Source of the DNA: the human T2T-CHM13v2.0 reference genome, Homo sapiens | Direction of reading: 5' to 3' | Assembly (NCBI GenBank): GCA_009914755.4 | Contig: CP068257.2 | Coordinates: 22,496,001-22,560,000, forward strand | Length of the DNA: 64,000 nt | Part shown: in pieces, positions 14,922 through 31,453 of the stretch | Layout: each line of letters starts with the position of its first letter | How positions within the stretch are numbered: the first letter of the stretch is position 1 | Position numbers and translations under genes: made by a program | Notes under the pieces: generated by a model | What the model was told of the DNA's origin: nothing | The model's database searches: none | What the model saw: only the letters and a program-made list of their open reading frames with translations

Positions 14922-17284
14922 TAGTCTAAAATCTAAGCATATTTTACTTGACTAAACACTATAAATTTTATTGAAAAACATTATTGTAATTTAACTGTGG
15001 ATTTGAACATTTTAAAATAAAAATAAGCATGTTTATGTTTGATGTTGAAATTCTCTGTTTCTGAAGTAGCGAATGTTTTAGAAAGAAATTCAAGGGGGAT
15101 ATTAGCATATGATAGTCTTGTTTACTTCCAATTAACACAGGAATACTTTTTTCTGACAAACACTAAAAATAGTTAAAAATTATGAATCGTTTTTACCAAT
15201 GTGTATCTTTGTAAACTAGGAGTTAAGACACAACACATGTTTCCCCACTTTTCTCTTTTATAGTGTGACAGTGTGATTTTGTACTATGAATATTTATTAT
15301 ATGTTAAAGCCTACTTGCTTTTTAAAAATGGATTATGATCTTGATCTTTTACTAGATTGTAAGCATCATGTTCATTTTATTCACTAGCACAGGCCTGGCA
15401 TCTGTCACAGAGCACGGCACATGCTAGCAAGCTCAATAAGTACTTCTTACATGAGCGATTGTTTAGATTTATGAGTGAATGATGATGACTCTTTTTCTCT
15501 CCCTATTCCATCCTCAGCTTCCTTCTTCCATATGTCTTTCACTTTACATGCTTCCTATTCTATTGTTTTGAACAATGTCTTGCTTGGTGTCCTTTTTTTT
15601 CTGTCACTGATGTGTCTTACTCCTTTTCTCTTTCAGGATATCTTTCTATACCCATCTTTGTGTTTCTTCCTTAAACTTACATTCCTGTTCTCTCCTCTGT
15701 TAAAAATATGATATGAAGTAAACATTTTTATCTGTTGTGTTATTAAATGAGTTTCGCCCTTTGCTGTTTAGAGAATAAGGTAATTGCAATATGTTTATAC
15801 CTTTTTTCCTCTTAAAAAGATAAGAAATATGATTCCTATTGGAGTTTGGTTTTTATTTTTATTTTCTGTGGGATTTTTTGTTTTATGTGTGTTTCTGGAA
15901 GCCTAGATTTTTTTAAGTGCTAAGCTACAGAAATGTAGAATAATCTTACCCAATCAACCAAAAACAAATCCCCCAAAATTAAGTTCATCAATTAAATTTG
16001 TTTTCTAAACTGTTGGTGCTATAAAGATAAAACTTTATTCTGCATTATTTCTGTGTTTGTTTAAAATTATTATTGAGTTTAACTTAAATTTAGAAACTTT
16101 TTGACTAAGAATGTTTAGAGCACAATATTATTTACATATATATAACTGTAAATTAAGTTCAAAAATAAAATTCTTATTCTTACAGTCTTATCTCACTAAT
16201 ACAACCAAAATAACATTAGTTAACACAAAGAACATTAAAAACCAATATAAATCAAATTAAAGACATTTATTTTATGTATAAACCATCATTTAAATAAAAC
16301 TATATTAAGTGTAGCATTTCATTTCATTTTTAATTATTTATTCTTTTTGTTTGGAGTAAAATGCCTTATATCTGTATATGTATATATGCATAAATATATA
16401 CAAATATTGAAACTATAAATATTATTTGATATTTTTATATTTTAAAATTACTGCTCTTTTAAACAATGCACTTATTTTAACCACTAATACTACTACTACA
16501 TTTAGCTAAATCCCCGTAAAATAAAATTGTATATGTGAATTATTTTAATACACACACATGCAAATGTTTTCTACTTAGTATTACTATAAAATTGTTTAAC
16601 TTGGTAATAAAACCACACGCTGGTATACTTCGCTGAAATGTTGGTATTTTATAGATTATGATGTTAAATGTTTTTCTTATATTTTGTTTATAACTTACCT
16701 ACCTTACTTTGAACAATCTCGCCTGTCAAAATGCTACCTTTTTTCTATATGTGAACTTTCATTTACACTATTTTTTATGGTATATTAGAATTTTCTTGAA
16801 ACATAAAATGCAATGAATTCAAGATTCAGGTGTTCATATTTGGTTGTAAAGAGTTCATCTTGCTGATCCAAAATATGCTGTGATGTATTTATTTTTATTA
16901 TGATAAAATTTAAAACACACACATAAATATTTGAAAGAGCTACTCAGTCATGGACACCTGAGTCATCTGAGAAATTTTATTATAGATACCTACATAATTT
17001 AGATAACTTAATATAGCCTTACCAAGTCAGTATTTATCATGTTCACTTTACAGTTATAGAAATTAAGGCTTTAAATAAATTGACAATATTATATACATAT
17101 AATCAGCAATGCAAGTTGCAAATTCAATTCTGTCTGATTCAAAATCTATGTCATCTTAATATGATTTACTTACTCCTGTTATCTGTTATGTATCCAATAA
17201 CTCTGTCTTTTTTTAATGTGTACATAATTATGCCTCATTATTATTATAAAGAAACCACCTGAAATTTGGAAAGATTATCTTCAA

Positions 17285-17470
17285 AGATAAAATATAGCAT
17301 CCAAAAATGGGCCCACACAAATATAGTCAACTGATTTTTGACAAAGTATAGTGGTAATTCAGAGGACAGATACCTTTTCAACAAATGGTGATGGAACAAT
17401 GGGATGTCCTTATGCAAAATAAAGATACTAGATGCAAATCTTACACTTCACACAAAAAATGAATAAATTT
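17285..17470 (+). mobile_element. Old L1 ORF2 internal fragment
   Basis: 'cccacacaaatatagtcaactgatttttgacaaagtatagtggtaattcagaggacagataccttttcaacaaatggtgatggaacaatgggatgtccttatgcaaaa' resembles L1 ORF2 '...acccacacatctacagccaactgatctttgacaaagga...gtctcttcaataaatggtgctgggaaaactggatatccacatgca'. Confidence 0.55.
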
Positions 17471-17584
17471 TATATCCTGAGGTATATCTACATCTCTCGT
17501 TATCTCATATTCAGTCTCACTCTCATTCTTGCTCTCACTCTCTCTCTCTCTCTCTCTCTGGGCACCCAATAACCTATCAATTGT
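17376..17584 (+). repeat. Local segmental duplication, copy A (~210 bp; includes an L1 piece + CT-rich microsatellite (CT)n at 17540-17562)
   Basis: 'ttcaacaaatggtgatggaacaatgggatgtccttatgcaaaataaagatactagatgcaaatcttacacttcacacaaaaaatgaataaattttatatcctgaggtatatctacatctctcgttatctcat...ctctctctgggcacccaataacctatcaattgta' recurs at 18346-18561. Confidence 0.85.
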
Positions 17585-18345
17585 AGGATACTAATGCTTG
17601 ACCAAGTTGCCTCAAATTGAGACAAATTTGAGGGGTCATTCCAGTCTCACAGGATCAGTGGAAACTTGTATATTAACTCCCTCCCAGTCCAAAGTCTCCT
17701 CCTCTCTGCCTCCACCAGGATTTTATAGATGTTATTCCCAGGAGCACTCTTAAGTAGACATCCATCACTCAAAACCATCTCAAAATTTGCTTCTCAGGAA
17801 ACACGATCTAGGAGAAACTGGAAAAAAGACCAAAAAATAATAATAAAATAAGAATAGGTCCTTGAAATTTATGCTATCTTACAGTTAGGCCATAAACAGT
17901 AAAACGGTAAAGTGGGAGAGAAGGAGAACAGTCTTCAATGGGGAAGAAAATGATTTCTTATCAAGAACATGTGATAATTAATTTCTTCATATTGGATTTT
18001 CTAAGCTAATTGCTGTCCTAATTCCTTTAGTTTCCAAGGGATCCAACAGGTTGTTCTTTGTGTTATTCACTTTCAATTAATCTGCAGTGACTTAATCCTC
18101 TCAACCCATTATTTAAAGCTAAATTAGCAGTGTTGTAACATGTGCTAAGATGTTGAATTGAGCAGGATATAGTAGAGATAGAAAAGATAGTGTTGAGATA
18201 GAAGATAATTATGAATGATTGTGATTCTTCACCTGAGTTTATTTATTATCAGTATAATCAATACATCATCTGGTTTTTCAATGAGTAATAATTAAATATA
18301 TAATCCTCTTTTTTACTTTAAATTGAGCTATTATAATATTTTTCT

Positions 18346-18561
18346 TCTCAACAAATGGTGATGGAACAATGTGATGTCCTTATGCAAATTAAAGAAGCTA
18401 GACACAAGTCTTACACTTCACACAAAATATAAATAAACTTTATATCCTGAGGTTTATATCTGCATCTCTCGTTGTCTCATGTTCACTCTCACTCCCATTC
18501 TTGCTCTCACTCTCTCTCTCTGTGTCTCTCTCTGTGGGCACCCAATAACCTATCAATTGTA
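18346..18561 (+). repeat. Local segmental duplication, copy B (direct repeat of 17376-17584, ~90% identity, ~0.97 kb away)
   Basis: 'tctcaacaaatggtgatggaacaatgtgatgtccttatgcaaattaaagaagctagacacaagtcttacacttcacacaaaatataaataaactttatatcctgaggtttatatctgcatctctcgttgtctcat...ctctgtgggcacccaataacctatcaattgta'. Confidence 0.85.
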
Positions 18562-19885
18562 ACTTAATTCATTTTTTTACCTTAATTCATTTTTTTTCTG
18601 GAACATTAATAATCTGTTAAACAAAAGACCACATTTTGTAAATATCACTGCATATTTTGGCACAAAATAATGTAGGTGGTTTTCCCCAAAAATCCCCCCT
18701 CTCTTTTCTATCCTGGAGTTTTAAAATAGTCTCTGGGTAAATTTTATGTTGCAAAAGTTCAGTATAATTTCAATTTTATTTCACCCTTTCCTCAAGGTTA
18801 CAAAATCCGTTTCTTTTAAGTTAAGAGACACTGACTCATATTGAAATTAATTCTTACATTTGCTTGCAGGTTTTATATGAAATTTACTCTAAATATTATT
18901 AAGATAATTATCTGAATCAAATTACAATGGATGTATGAAATATACATGACAAATGAGCATAGTTCACTGGGTATTTCAGAAAAATTGAGAATTCCACAAA
19001 AATAGAAGGAGGTTATTGCACCTCCTTCTTTTAAGTAAAAGAAACCTAATTCATCTAATAGACAGCTGCTGGCTTATCTTGGAGTATGAAACTGCTATGA
19101 GAAAATTTGATTTCTTTCAAGGGTAGACCAAGACTCATGTCCTGAGTAGGTTCATGGAGTGAGTGGCACATGTCATGTGTGACACCATTGGTGTGATTAT
19201 ATAATAAGAGCAAAAATGAAGGTCAGTGGTCACTCCAGTCACTTATTTTTTTTTCCTTATTTTATTTTTTCTCTTTTTACTCTCACTGACATATAGTGCA
19301 GGCAACATTTTTGAGTTTTCATGATAGTTAACGGATAAATGGAGGAGAAAAGCAGAGACAGAACATTACAAATATTAGTCCCAAGGATTTTCATAAAGTG
19401 TTAATAGTATATTTCTCAGTGTGTTACTAGGGGAAATGAAAAGTCATGTTAAAACATAGGTTGAGTCTTTGTTGTGATTATCCTCTTAGGGTGAGGAGAT
19501 GTTGAATTTTCTATCTACATTTTAGTTAATCCTGGTTTTTGCACATAGCAGGTACTCTTTCTCCAGAAATATTAACATTTGGCATTTTTCCTATGATTAA
19601 AAAAAATTTCTAAAAAATCTCTTATAAGAAATTCCAAGGGATAGAGTAGCGAAGTTCAGGTGTGTGTTTGCATACATGTGTAGTGTAGACACATGTTTTC
19701 AAATGTATCCATGAATTTAAGAAGAAACAGAATAGATTTCACTTTGGTCGTGCTTTACTCTTTAGAGTTTCTCCAAATTCTACATTTCACAAAGGGATAT
19801 TCAAAATTCAATGCATGGAAATTTTCACAAAATTAAAAGCAAGTTATCAAAAATAATACCTATGACTATATATACATATATATGT

Positions 19886-19910
19886 ATGTGTGTGTGTGTG
19901 TGTGTGTGTG
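19886..19910. repeat. (TG)n microsatellite (~12 units)
   Basis: 'tatgtgtgtgtgtgtgtgtgtgtgtgtat'. Confidence 0.9.
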
Positions 19911-22316
19911 TATAAATATATTTGTTGCCAAACAAATTTTATTCTTAGATAATACATGCTGATTTATTCACAGGTGTCTACAACTCAGAAATCCTTCAGA
20001 AGCTGTCATATTCAATATGCACCTTGTATACTAGTTTCAATGCCAATGTTTCTAATCCAGAAGGAAAAAATCAGCCCCACTTAAAGAGCCTCACTCTACA
20101 CCATGTTCACTCACAACACACCCACACACATGGTTACCTTGTGTAAAACAAGAAAGTGTTATTCTGTTTTCCCCCATTTTATATAATATTTAGGATAGGT
20201 TTGACTGCTACAGTTACAAATATACCCTGAATAGAATCTAGCAAAAATTAATTCTCACTCATTCAAGTCCAGAGCTAGTTGGTAGCTCTCCAGAGCAATT
20301 TTATTCTTGTTGTGACCCAGGAATCTAGGCCACTTCTATTTTGCAGTAACTTTATCTCCACTTGTGGCCGCCATAATTGCAGTGGCAGTGGAACAATGGC
20401 ATAGAGAACATCCACTTGTTTCTAACAGCCTCCTATCAAAAGGGATGCATTCCACTTCCTTTCTCAGCCAATAAGCCATCTAGTCATGTGGTTCCAATCT
20501 TTCTTTTTGGAAAGCTTGGAAGTCTTCCCAAATCCCAACAAAAGAGAGGAGAGCCCAATACAGTGAGCATAGCCACAGCCACCACACTATATATTAGCTA
20601 TGTGATCATGAACACTCCCATAAACCTTTGCATATTATAGATTTTTCATCTTAAATTTAGGACATAAAACTGATCTCAGAAAGTTACTGTAAAGATTAAA
20701 TAGGATAACTTACGTACCTCAAGTAACACATAGTGTAGAAAACAGGATATGTTAGTTCTTTCTTTTTTTAAAAAAAGACCCATAATAATCTAATGATGAG
20801 TTATCTCCCTTGGCTACCTGTTTAAATACATTTACTAAAGATTCTCAGGTTCCAATTTCACTTACTACTGTTTTTGCAAGTCTTTCAAATTAGGGAGGGA
20901 AGATCATTCAGGGACAATGAGAAATGTAACATGAAATGCAACGAGTCTTTCAGGAATATGCATTGACAAAAGAATTTTTAACTACCCGCTCATAATACAT
21001 TTACTTGGAAAATGAACAGTAGGTGAGTAAAAACTCTCTCTCCCCTCTTAGAGTCCCAGCTGGGTCTGAGAATTGAATTGATCTAAGATAGATTAATAGG
21101 AAAAAAGCATACAAATTCAATATAAGTTTTACATGCCACAGGAGGTCTTATAGGGAAATGAAAACTCAAGCAATTGGCAAAACCTACATGCTTTTGTATT
21201 AGGTTGAACAAAAAGAGGCAATTGTGGAAAAGTAGCTGAATTATGTAGAGTCTAATGGGACATAAAAATAATTAAACAACATCTAATGGTACATATTCTC
21301 TCAGCTATGAGAGAATCAAAGAATTTTTCTTTTCTCCTGATACAGGGAGGACATCTTTTGTATGAGAGTTTTAATGTGTTTTCAAGACAGAAAAGGGAAG
21401 ATTGCAATGACATTCTTTCATCCACTGTTTTTCAATTGCCTTTAGATGAAAGCAATCTTTATGGTAAAGTGGCATGTTTTGGGGTGTATATTCTGTCATC
21501 CTTCATAATTAATATAAATATGTATATAAAATTTTAAAATTAATAAGTTGGTTCCATTCTCTTGTAGAACACATATTTTCTTTTTAATTTTATTTTGTGT
21601 TAAGAAATTCTATATGCCTGAAATAGCTATCAAACTAGAACCATGCAATGTTATCAGGAGTGGAGCAGACAATTATTTGGAGTAAATAAATCAAATTAAA
21701 CATGTATAATGAATACTAAAGGAAATATTAGAAAAGAAATGTTTTTACAACTGAAGGGAAAGTTACAGCTATTCTCAGGAACATTTAAAGTATGCATTCT
21801 CATTTTATAGGGTGTGGGGGCTTTCCTTATTCAAAATATTAGACATAACTTGTTTTTGCTTTCTGGATCAGAAAATATTGAGTGTGTTTTTATTTAACTG
21901 TCTAAAAGTTGTTTTGAAATAATATTTAATGTAACAGGGATGCCTGATTAATGTCTCTCATTGAATTGATAGTTCAACAGGTTGCGTTTGTTTTTTAATA
22001 TGAATAGGCTAAAAAACAAAAACATTATACAATATATATTTTAAGTATATATATATTTATACTCTCTCTATACATATGTATATACCGCCTCTATTTTAGA
22101 CTTTTATTTTCCAACTGTCCCATTTTTACCCTAACCCAACTGTTCCCCTCTACATGTGCTGCAAAAGGGTTTTCTTCCATAGTTTCATTTTCTTTTGTTC
22201 CCCTTTCACTGTGAAATGTACTTGCCTTACTAATAGTACTCAAACAGACATAATTGGTTTCAGTCTTGGTTTGGACATATGTGTGACAAGTTCCATATGT
22301 TCTACATTGTTAGTAA

Positions 22317-22601
<285 letters not shown>

Positions 22602-22756
22602 AAGCATGAACACATAAACTGAGGACGAGGCAAGATAAAGAATAAGCAGTCTAAAGCAGAAAGATAGCCTTTCAATGTACTATTGCGCCTTTAGGGAATG
22701 GAAGTCGTCTGTAAGCACAGTGTATCTGCAGCAGATAGAAATCTCCTTTGATCAAT

Positions 22757-22961
22757 GTTGCATCAGCAAAGAACATTCCTATGTAAAATTGATACAAACT
22801 TTATTTGAGTGCAAACATTGTGAAACCTGTGTTAGAGATCAGCAGGCATGCTGACATTGATCAGAGGAGATTTCTCCTGATCTCTAACACAGATTTCACA
22901 ATGTTTGCGCTCAAATAAAGTTTGCATCAGTTTTACATAGGAATGATCTTTGCTGAAGCAA
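22757..22961. repeat. Large near-perfect palindrome: two ~85-bp inverted arms (22757-22842 and 22877-22961, ~93% identical) around a 34-bp loop; unclassified (candidate palindromic MITE or local inverted duplication)
   Basis: Arm 1 'ttgcatcagcaaagaacattcctatgtaaaattgatacaaactttatttgagtgcaaacattgtgaaacctgtgttagagatcag'. Arm 2 'ctgatctctaacacagatttcacaatgtttgcgctcaaataaagtttgcatcagttttacataggaatgatctttgctgaagcaa', which is the reverse complement of arm 1 with 6 mismatches. Confidence 0.85.
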
Positions 22962-23532
22962 TACATTTCCCAAGCTAGAATTGGAAATCTGAATTTAATA
23001 GCACCTATCGGATATAATTTTAATATGATGGATTTTTCGTTTTTAGAACGGAAAGCTTAATTCTCCTTATCTGAGTTAGATGTAAAAATTATCATCCTAG
23101 ATGACAGTTTAGCTATTTTGTTTGTGGGTGTTTGCATATGTTTCCTGACTCTTTTAAGTCATTTTAGACTCCTAATTAGGCCAAATTCTTCTTCTGAATC
23201 ACTGAGTATAAAAAACAGTCTTTAACAAGATTCACAGACATTCCATATCCTTTGCCAAGCTCACTAGTATTGCTATCATTTTTATGCTCCACTTAGGTAA
23301 CATTAGGAAGCACTTTTGTTTAACTCACTATGAAAATTAAAGATGAAATGATGTGTAATTTGAAGTTTTCAATTTTTTTGGCAGGTAAGATTTTAAGACT
23401 GAAATAGTTGCTTGAAATCTATCTTTATTGATAGCAAATCAAGGAAGACATCAATAATTAAATAATAGAGAGAACATTATTTTATTTGAAAGGGGCATTG
23501 ACAACTTCCAATGGAAAATTTTAGCTCAATAT

Positions 23533-23950
23533 TGTATGGTATGGTTTGAATGTTTAACCTTTCTGAAATTCCTGTTGAAACTTAATCTCCAATGTGGAAA
23601 TATTGAGAGGTAAGGCCTTTAAGGGGTGATTGAGTCATGAGGATAAATTGGGCCATTCCTGGATTAATAGATTATTGGGCTGATGAATTATTTGGTTATC
23701 TCAGGAGTGGTACTTGTGTCTTTATAAGAAGAGGAAGAGGGAATTGAGTTAGCATGTTCATCTCACCTCCCCACATTATTATGCCTTGTGCCGCCTCCGG
23801 GTTCTGCACAGAGTCCCCATCAGGAAGAAGGCCCTCACCAGATGTGGCCCCTGGACACTGGACTTCCCAGCTTCGAGAATTGTAAGAAATTTCGATTTTA
23901 AAAAACAAATTACCCTCTTGGGTGTTCAGTTATAGCAACAGAAAATGAAC
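23533..23950 (+). mobile_element. Solitary MaLR LTR (MLT1/MST-like), near full length (~420 bp)
   Basis: 5' 'tatggtatggtttgaatgtttaacc...cttaatctccaatgtggaaatattgagaggtaaggcctttaaggggtgattgagtcatgagg', middle '...tgtctttataagaagaggaagag...', 3' 'gaaggccctcaccagatgtggcccctggacactggacttcccagcttcgagaattgtaagaaat...ccctcttgggtgttcagttatagcaacagaaaatgaactaa'. Confidence 0.75.
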
Positions 23951-24788
23951 TAAAATATTATGTTTCAAATTTGTGTGGTATAGGTTTCCAGAAAAGAATT
24001 TCTTCATTAGCATTTAATCAAGACAATCCTGGGCTTTCTCTGTGTTTTCAGGAAGTGTCAAGGTACATTATTTAAATGATGAATAAGGTTATAAAGAAAT
24101 AACATAGCCTTTTCATAGTCAGATAATGTCATATTTAAAATGGAGCATTAACCTGTATGCCCAGTCATTGTGGGGAGAAACATAATCCTGTCAAATTTCA
24201 ATACCATTTTAAGACTCTTTTCAGAGTGGGAAATACAGGTAAAACAGTTGAGAAAAAATGCAACATTTAAACCAAATAATACAGGAAATACATAGAAGTA
24301 ATAAATGCTGGTCAATTCATGGTATCAAACTATATAGAATTTTTAAATTAGTAAATAGAAACATAAGAACTTACAGTGTGGGTTTCAGACTAAACCCAGC
24401 TGTTTACCACCTCTCCTTTCCAAAGTCTCATTCTGTGTCAGAAATCCTGAAGTTCAATAGGATTTATGTTTGGTATACATTAAACTACGTTGTGTTTTAC
24501 ATCTCTCCTCTCTTTGTTTTCTGTTACGTCTTCATAGTTTCTGGCCTGGTCTACTGTAGTATCTCCCAATCACTGGCTCCTTGCCTCAAATCCATTTGTG
24601 TTATGTCTGGCCACCAGAGTGACCTATCTAAACATTATATTTCACCATGCATTTTCAGTGTTTTAAGCCTTTCTCTGGCTTTCCACCTTTTAGAATATAT
24701 AAATTCACAATACAAATATCACAATATAAACATTAATATGATGGGACACTCCATATTATCAATTTCACAGGATTCTCCTCTTTCTTAG

Positions 24789-25238
<450 letters not shown>

Positions 25239-26140
25239 TAGGTTTTTCACTTGACTCTTCCTTTAGTAATCAAGTGTTACCTAATTAACTTAGCTCCTCA
25301 TGAGTAATGTTCTTCCAACCAGGTTAATTTGCACCTTCTAAATACTTCTATAAGGTCCTCCATATTTATTATTGCTTACTGCAATTGGCATTTGCCTTAA
25401 AATTATCTTTTTGTGATCTACTTTATGACCAGGTTGATAGTTCCTTGAGGTCAGCAACAATGCTTTAATTATCTCATTCTTAATTATCACATGCTGATGT
25501 CAATGGAAATACTAAACAGATCCTTAATAAGCTGGATCCTAACCTCTGACATCTTTAAAGAGATGTACTGAAACTTTCAACATCACTATTCATTTAAATG
25601 GACACTCTTTTTTATCACAATTACATATATGCTCAAAATATAGTTTCCTACATATTAAATATATAGGAAATAAATATTTATATGTATATCTATTAGAAAC
25701 ATTTACTGATATATTTAACACAGATGAAGCTAAATATGAAAGATTTTCTTCTCCCAGCGTAGCGCGTTAGTCTGTTTCTTTGAGCAGCTGCCCCAGGTGT
25801 CAGCGTTCAGGAAGTCATTTAAAACCAGGGACACCAGGGTAGTTTCCATGGAAGCAGAAATTAACCGTTAACAATCTCCTACACGGTTCACATCTGGTAT
25901 AATTCCCATTGTAGAGAAAAATTGAGTCAAATTACTATTCTAAAAGACAAGTAGAAGTAAGAACAGTTGTCTTAGTAGTTATTGTATATTACTGCAAATG
26001 TTCCTTGGTGATATGTATCGTACGTTAATATAGAAAAGTAAAGAGCCACAATCTAATGACTTTTCCAAAACATATTTTTAAGTGACTATATGATAATAAC
26101 CTTTGCTATTTTAGGTTGTTAAATATCTACCCTATCAAGT

Positions 26141-26416
<276 letters not shown>

Positions 26417-26521
26417 AAAAATATATATATATATATAATATATATATATATATACACACATAAAATATATATATGCACATAAAAATATATATGCACATTA
26501 AAATATATATATATTATATAT
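26417..26521. repeat. (TA)n / (TATATG)-type microsatellite grown from the Alu poly(A) tail
   Basis: 'aactaaaaatatatatatatatataatatatatatatatatacacacataaaatatatatatgcacataaaaatatatatgcacattaaaatatatatatattatatattt', lying between the Alu body and the downstream TSD copy. Confidence 0.85.
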
Positions 26522-27657
26522 TTACCCTACCAAATATCTCCCCACCCTAAGTTTCCTTTGTCCATAGTTTCAGAAAAGACTTTATTGATTTGAAAAAAGA
26601 ATGTTCACTTGGCACAGTGAAAATATTTCTTCATTATTTCTCTTAAAAAGATCTTGAAGTTTTGAGAGGCAAAGGGTTAGAGAAGCCCTCCAGTGGCATT
26701 ATCACATGCAGGAGTTTTAGACTTGAAAATAGTGAAGGAAAAGATATTCCCCCACCTATAATTTGTCCTCACTTGACTCGAGTTGTACAGTGATCCAACC
26801 CTTTTTCAATCTCTATCACACAGGTAGTTTATGTTGCTTTGGAATATTTTTAGGGGACAAGGCAAATCGTGTTTTCTCAAATGCTTTTTGGAACTGACTC
26901 ATTAAAGAGATTCAATTAAAGAATAAAAAGACTTAAAAAAGAACATTGTGCTATGACATCTAAATTCTATTTGAGGAAATATCAGATAAACATAAAATGC
27001 AGAACATTTCATTAAAATCAAAATTAATGTATTCTTCAAAAAATGCCAATGTCATAAATTACACAGAAAAGCTTAGGAATTGTTCCGTATTAAAGGAAAC
27101 TTAAAAGACGTGACCAGTAAATATAATGTGTTATCCTAGACTGAATCCTGAACTAGGAGATAAAAGCCAAACTGCAAATGACTTTGACTTTACGAGGTCA
27201 ACTGACAATATTTGAATATAGATCATAACATAGATAAAAGCATTGAATAAACATTTAGGTTATCTCAGTTCTTGACACTAGTATTTATAACATTATCCTT
27301 ATTTTTAAAAAATTCACTGTGACATACTCAGCACTAAAAAACTATAAGTAAACAACTCTCAATTCATTAAAGTTGCTGTTTATATATGTATATACACAAA
27401 CACAGGAATGTATATGAAATATATATTTTATATGCATATATTACCTATATAATACAATAATTTTGTGAAACACTTGATAATGTGTGTGTATTTACACACA
27501 CAAAGAAACACAAATAGTAAAACAAATAAGGCTAAAATTTACAAAAGCTAAATATAAAGAAAATATGCGTGATTTTTGTGCTGTTCTTGCAATGTTTCTA
27601 TACGTTAAAATTATCACCCTTACACAGCACTAAATATATATGTTTTCTCAAAATTCA

Positions 27658-28192
<535 letters not shown>

Positions 28193-28202
28193 GACTACCA
28201 GA

Positions 28203-30260
<2,058 letters not shown>

Positions 30261-31162
30261 CCCTTTACACCATGGTTTTAGTCTTGTCTTCTCAAGTAGT
30301 GGTGTCTATTTAAGCAACCCTAAATTCTGTGACTTTCACTGATCAGTTGGATGTGGTGGGAGGTTTGTGGTACCATCACCAAGCAGATTTATGCTTGGCT
30401 TCTTGGATCCGTGTGAACAAGATGAGGCTAGTTGGCTGATAGATGAGACAACAGGTGGGCCATAGGTTACTCTTCCCAGTTATTCTAGCCAAGCCACATT
30501 GGTTTGTTTCCCATTCATTAGTCATAAAGCAGTTATGATTTAAGTACATTTTATATAAATTGTTTTAACCATTGGAAAACCAGCACCTAGCTATAGTCAA
30601 GCAGACATAAGTATCATAAAATATTTGCAATAAAAACATACATAATGCCTAAAATGCAAGGTTTGTTTAAATGCTGTCAATGATCCAGTGAAAGATATGG
30701 AACAGGAATCATTAATCTCATTTTATACTGAAGGCAGCAGAATCACAAAGAATTAACTTCTTAAACTTTCTTAGGAGGCTAAGTGTCAGAAATTTGAACC
30801 TTGTTATTTTTATTTCAGAATCAATGTATTTTTATTATAGTAGACAACAAGTTTTAGAAGAAATACATTTGCTTTCTCTTTGTTTTAATGAAAATGTGTG
30901 TATTTTTTTTTCTTTTTATAGTTTTCTTTTATTTTTTGTTGCATCCCAGTATTTAACATCTGCTTGGAGTAATGACTATAAATGATAGCCAGGCAAGACT
31001 CATGAACAACATATACTTTCAGATTTCTAAGGAAGATGAAGAAAAGGAGTTTTAGACATGAGATGACTGCAGGCTTCTTGATACATATTTATTTTTCTCA
31101 TCTACTGCTACCAATGAGTATTATTATATTATCTATAACAAAATTCTACCATCCATTTATGT

Positions 31163-31445
31163 AGTTGATACTTCCTGAGTTCCTGCTATTTGCCAGGCAC
31201 TGTGCCACTACTGTCTATAGTGGGAAACAAAACAGAATCCCTAAGTTCCTGGCCTCATGGAGCTTATAGTCCAGTGTGAGAGAGAGATGACTAACAAGTA
31301 AATACACATACATTAATTTGGAAATGATAACTGCTACACTGGAAAAGAACCAGAAACCAGAGAGAAAACAAAAGGCTAGGGACTGGTGATTTAGTAGTGA
31401 AGTATGAGTGCTGCTCTGGGTGATAAGATGTGGAATCAAAACCTG
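31163..31445 (-). mobile_element. L2 (LINE-2) 3'-end fragment, minus orientation
   Basis: 'ttcctgctatttgccaggcactgtgccactactgtctatagtgggaaacaaaacagaatccctaagttcctggcctcatggagcttatagtccagtgtgagagagagatgactaacaagtaaatacacatacatta' resembles the reverse-complement L2 3' end '...gtgccaggcactgtgctaggcactggggatacagcagtgaacaaaacagacaaaaatccctgccctcatggagcttacattctagtgggggagacagacaataaacaa...'. Confidence 0.5.
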
Positions 31446-31453
31446 GAAGCAAA

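Noticed and set aside
24258-24788. Longest ORF in the track (176 aa, plus strand)
   Set aside because: The peptide is low-complexity (I/L/S/N/Y-rich) from AT-rich DNA, with no start context, no recognisable domain and no splice structure. The underlying DNA looks like a decayed ancient repeat (possible L2-like fragment). The ORF length is consistent with chance in AT-rich sequence.
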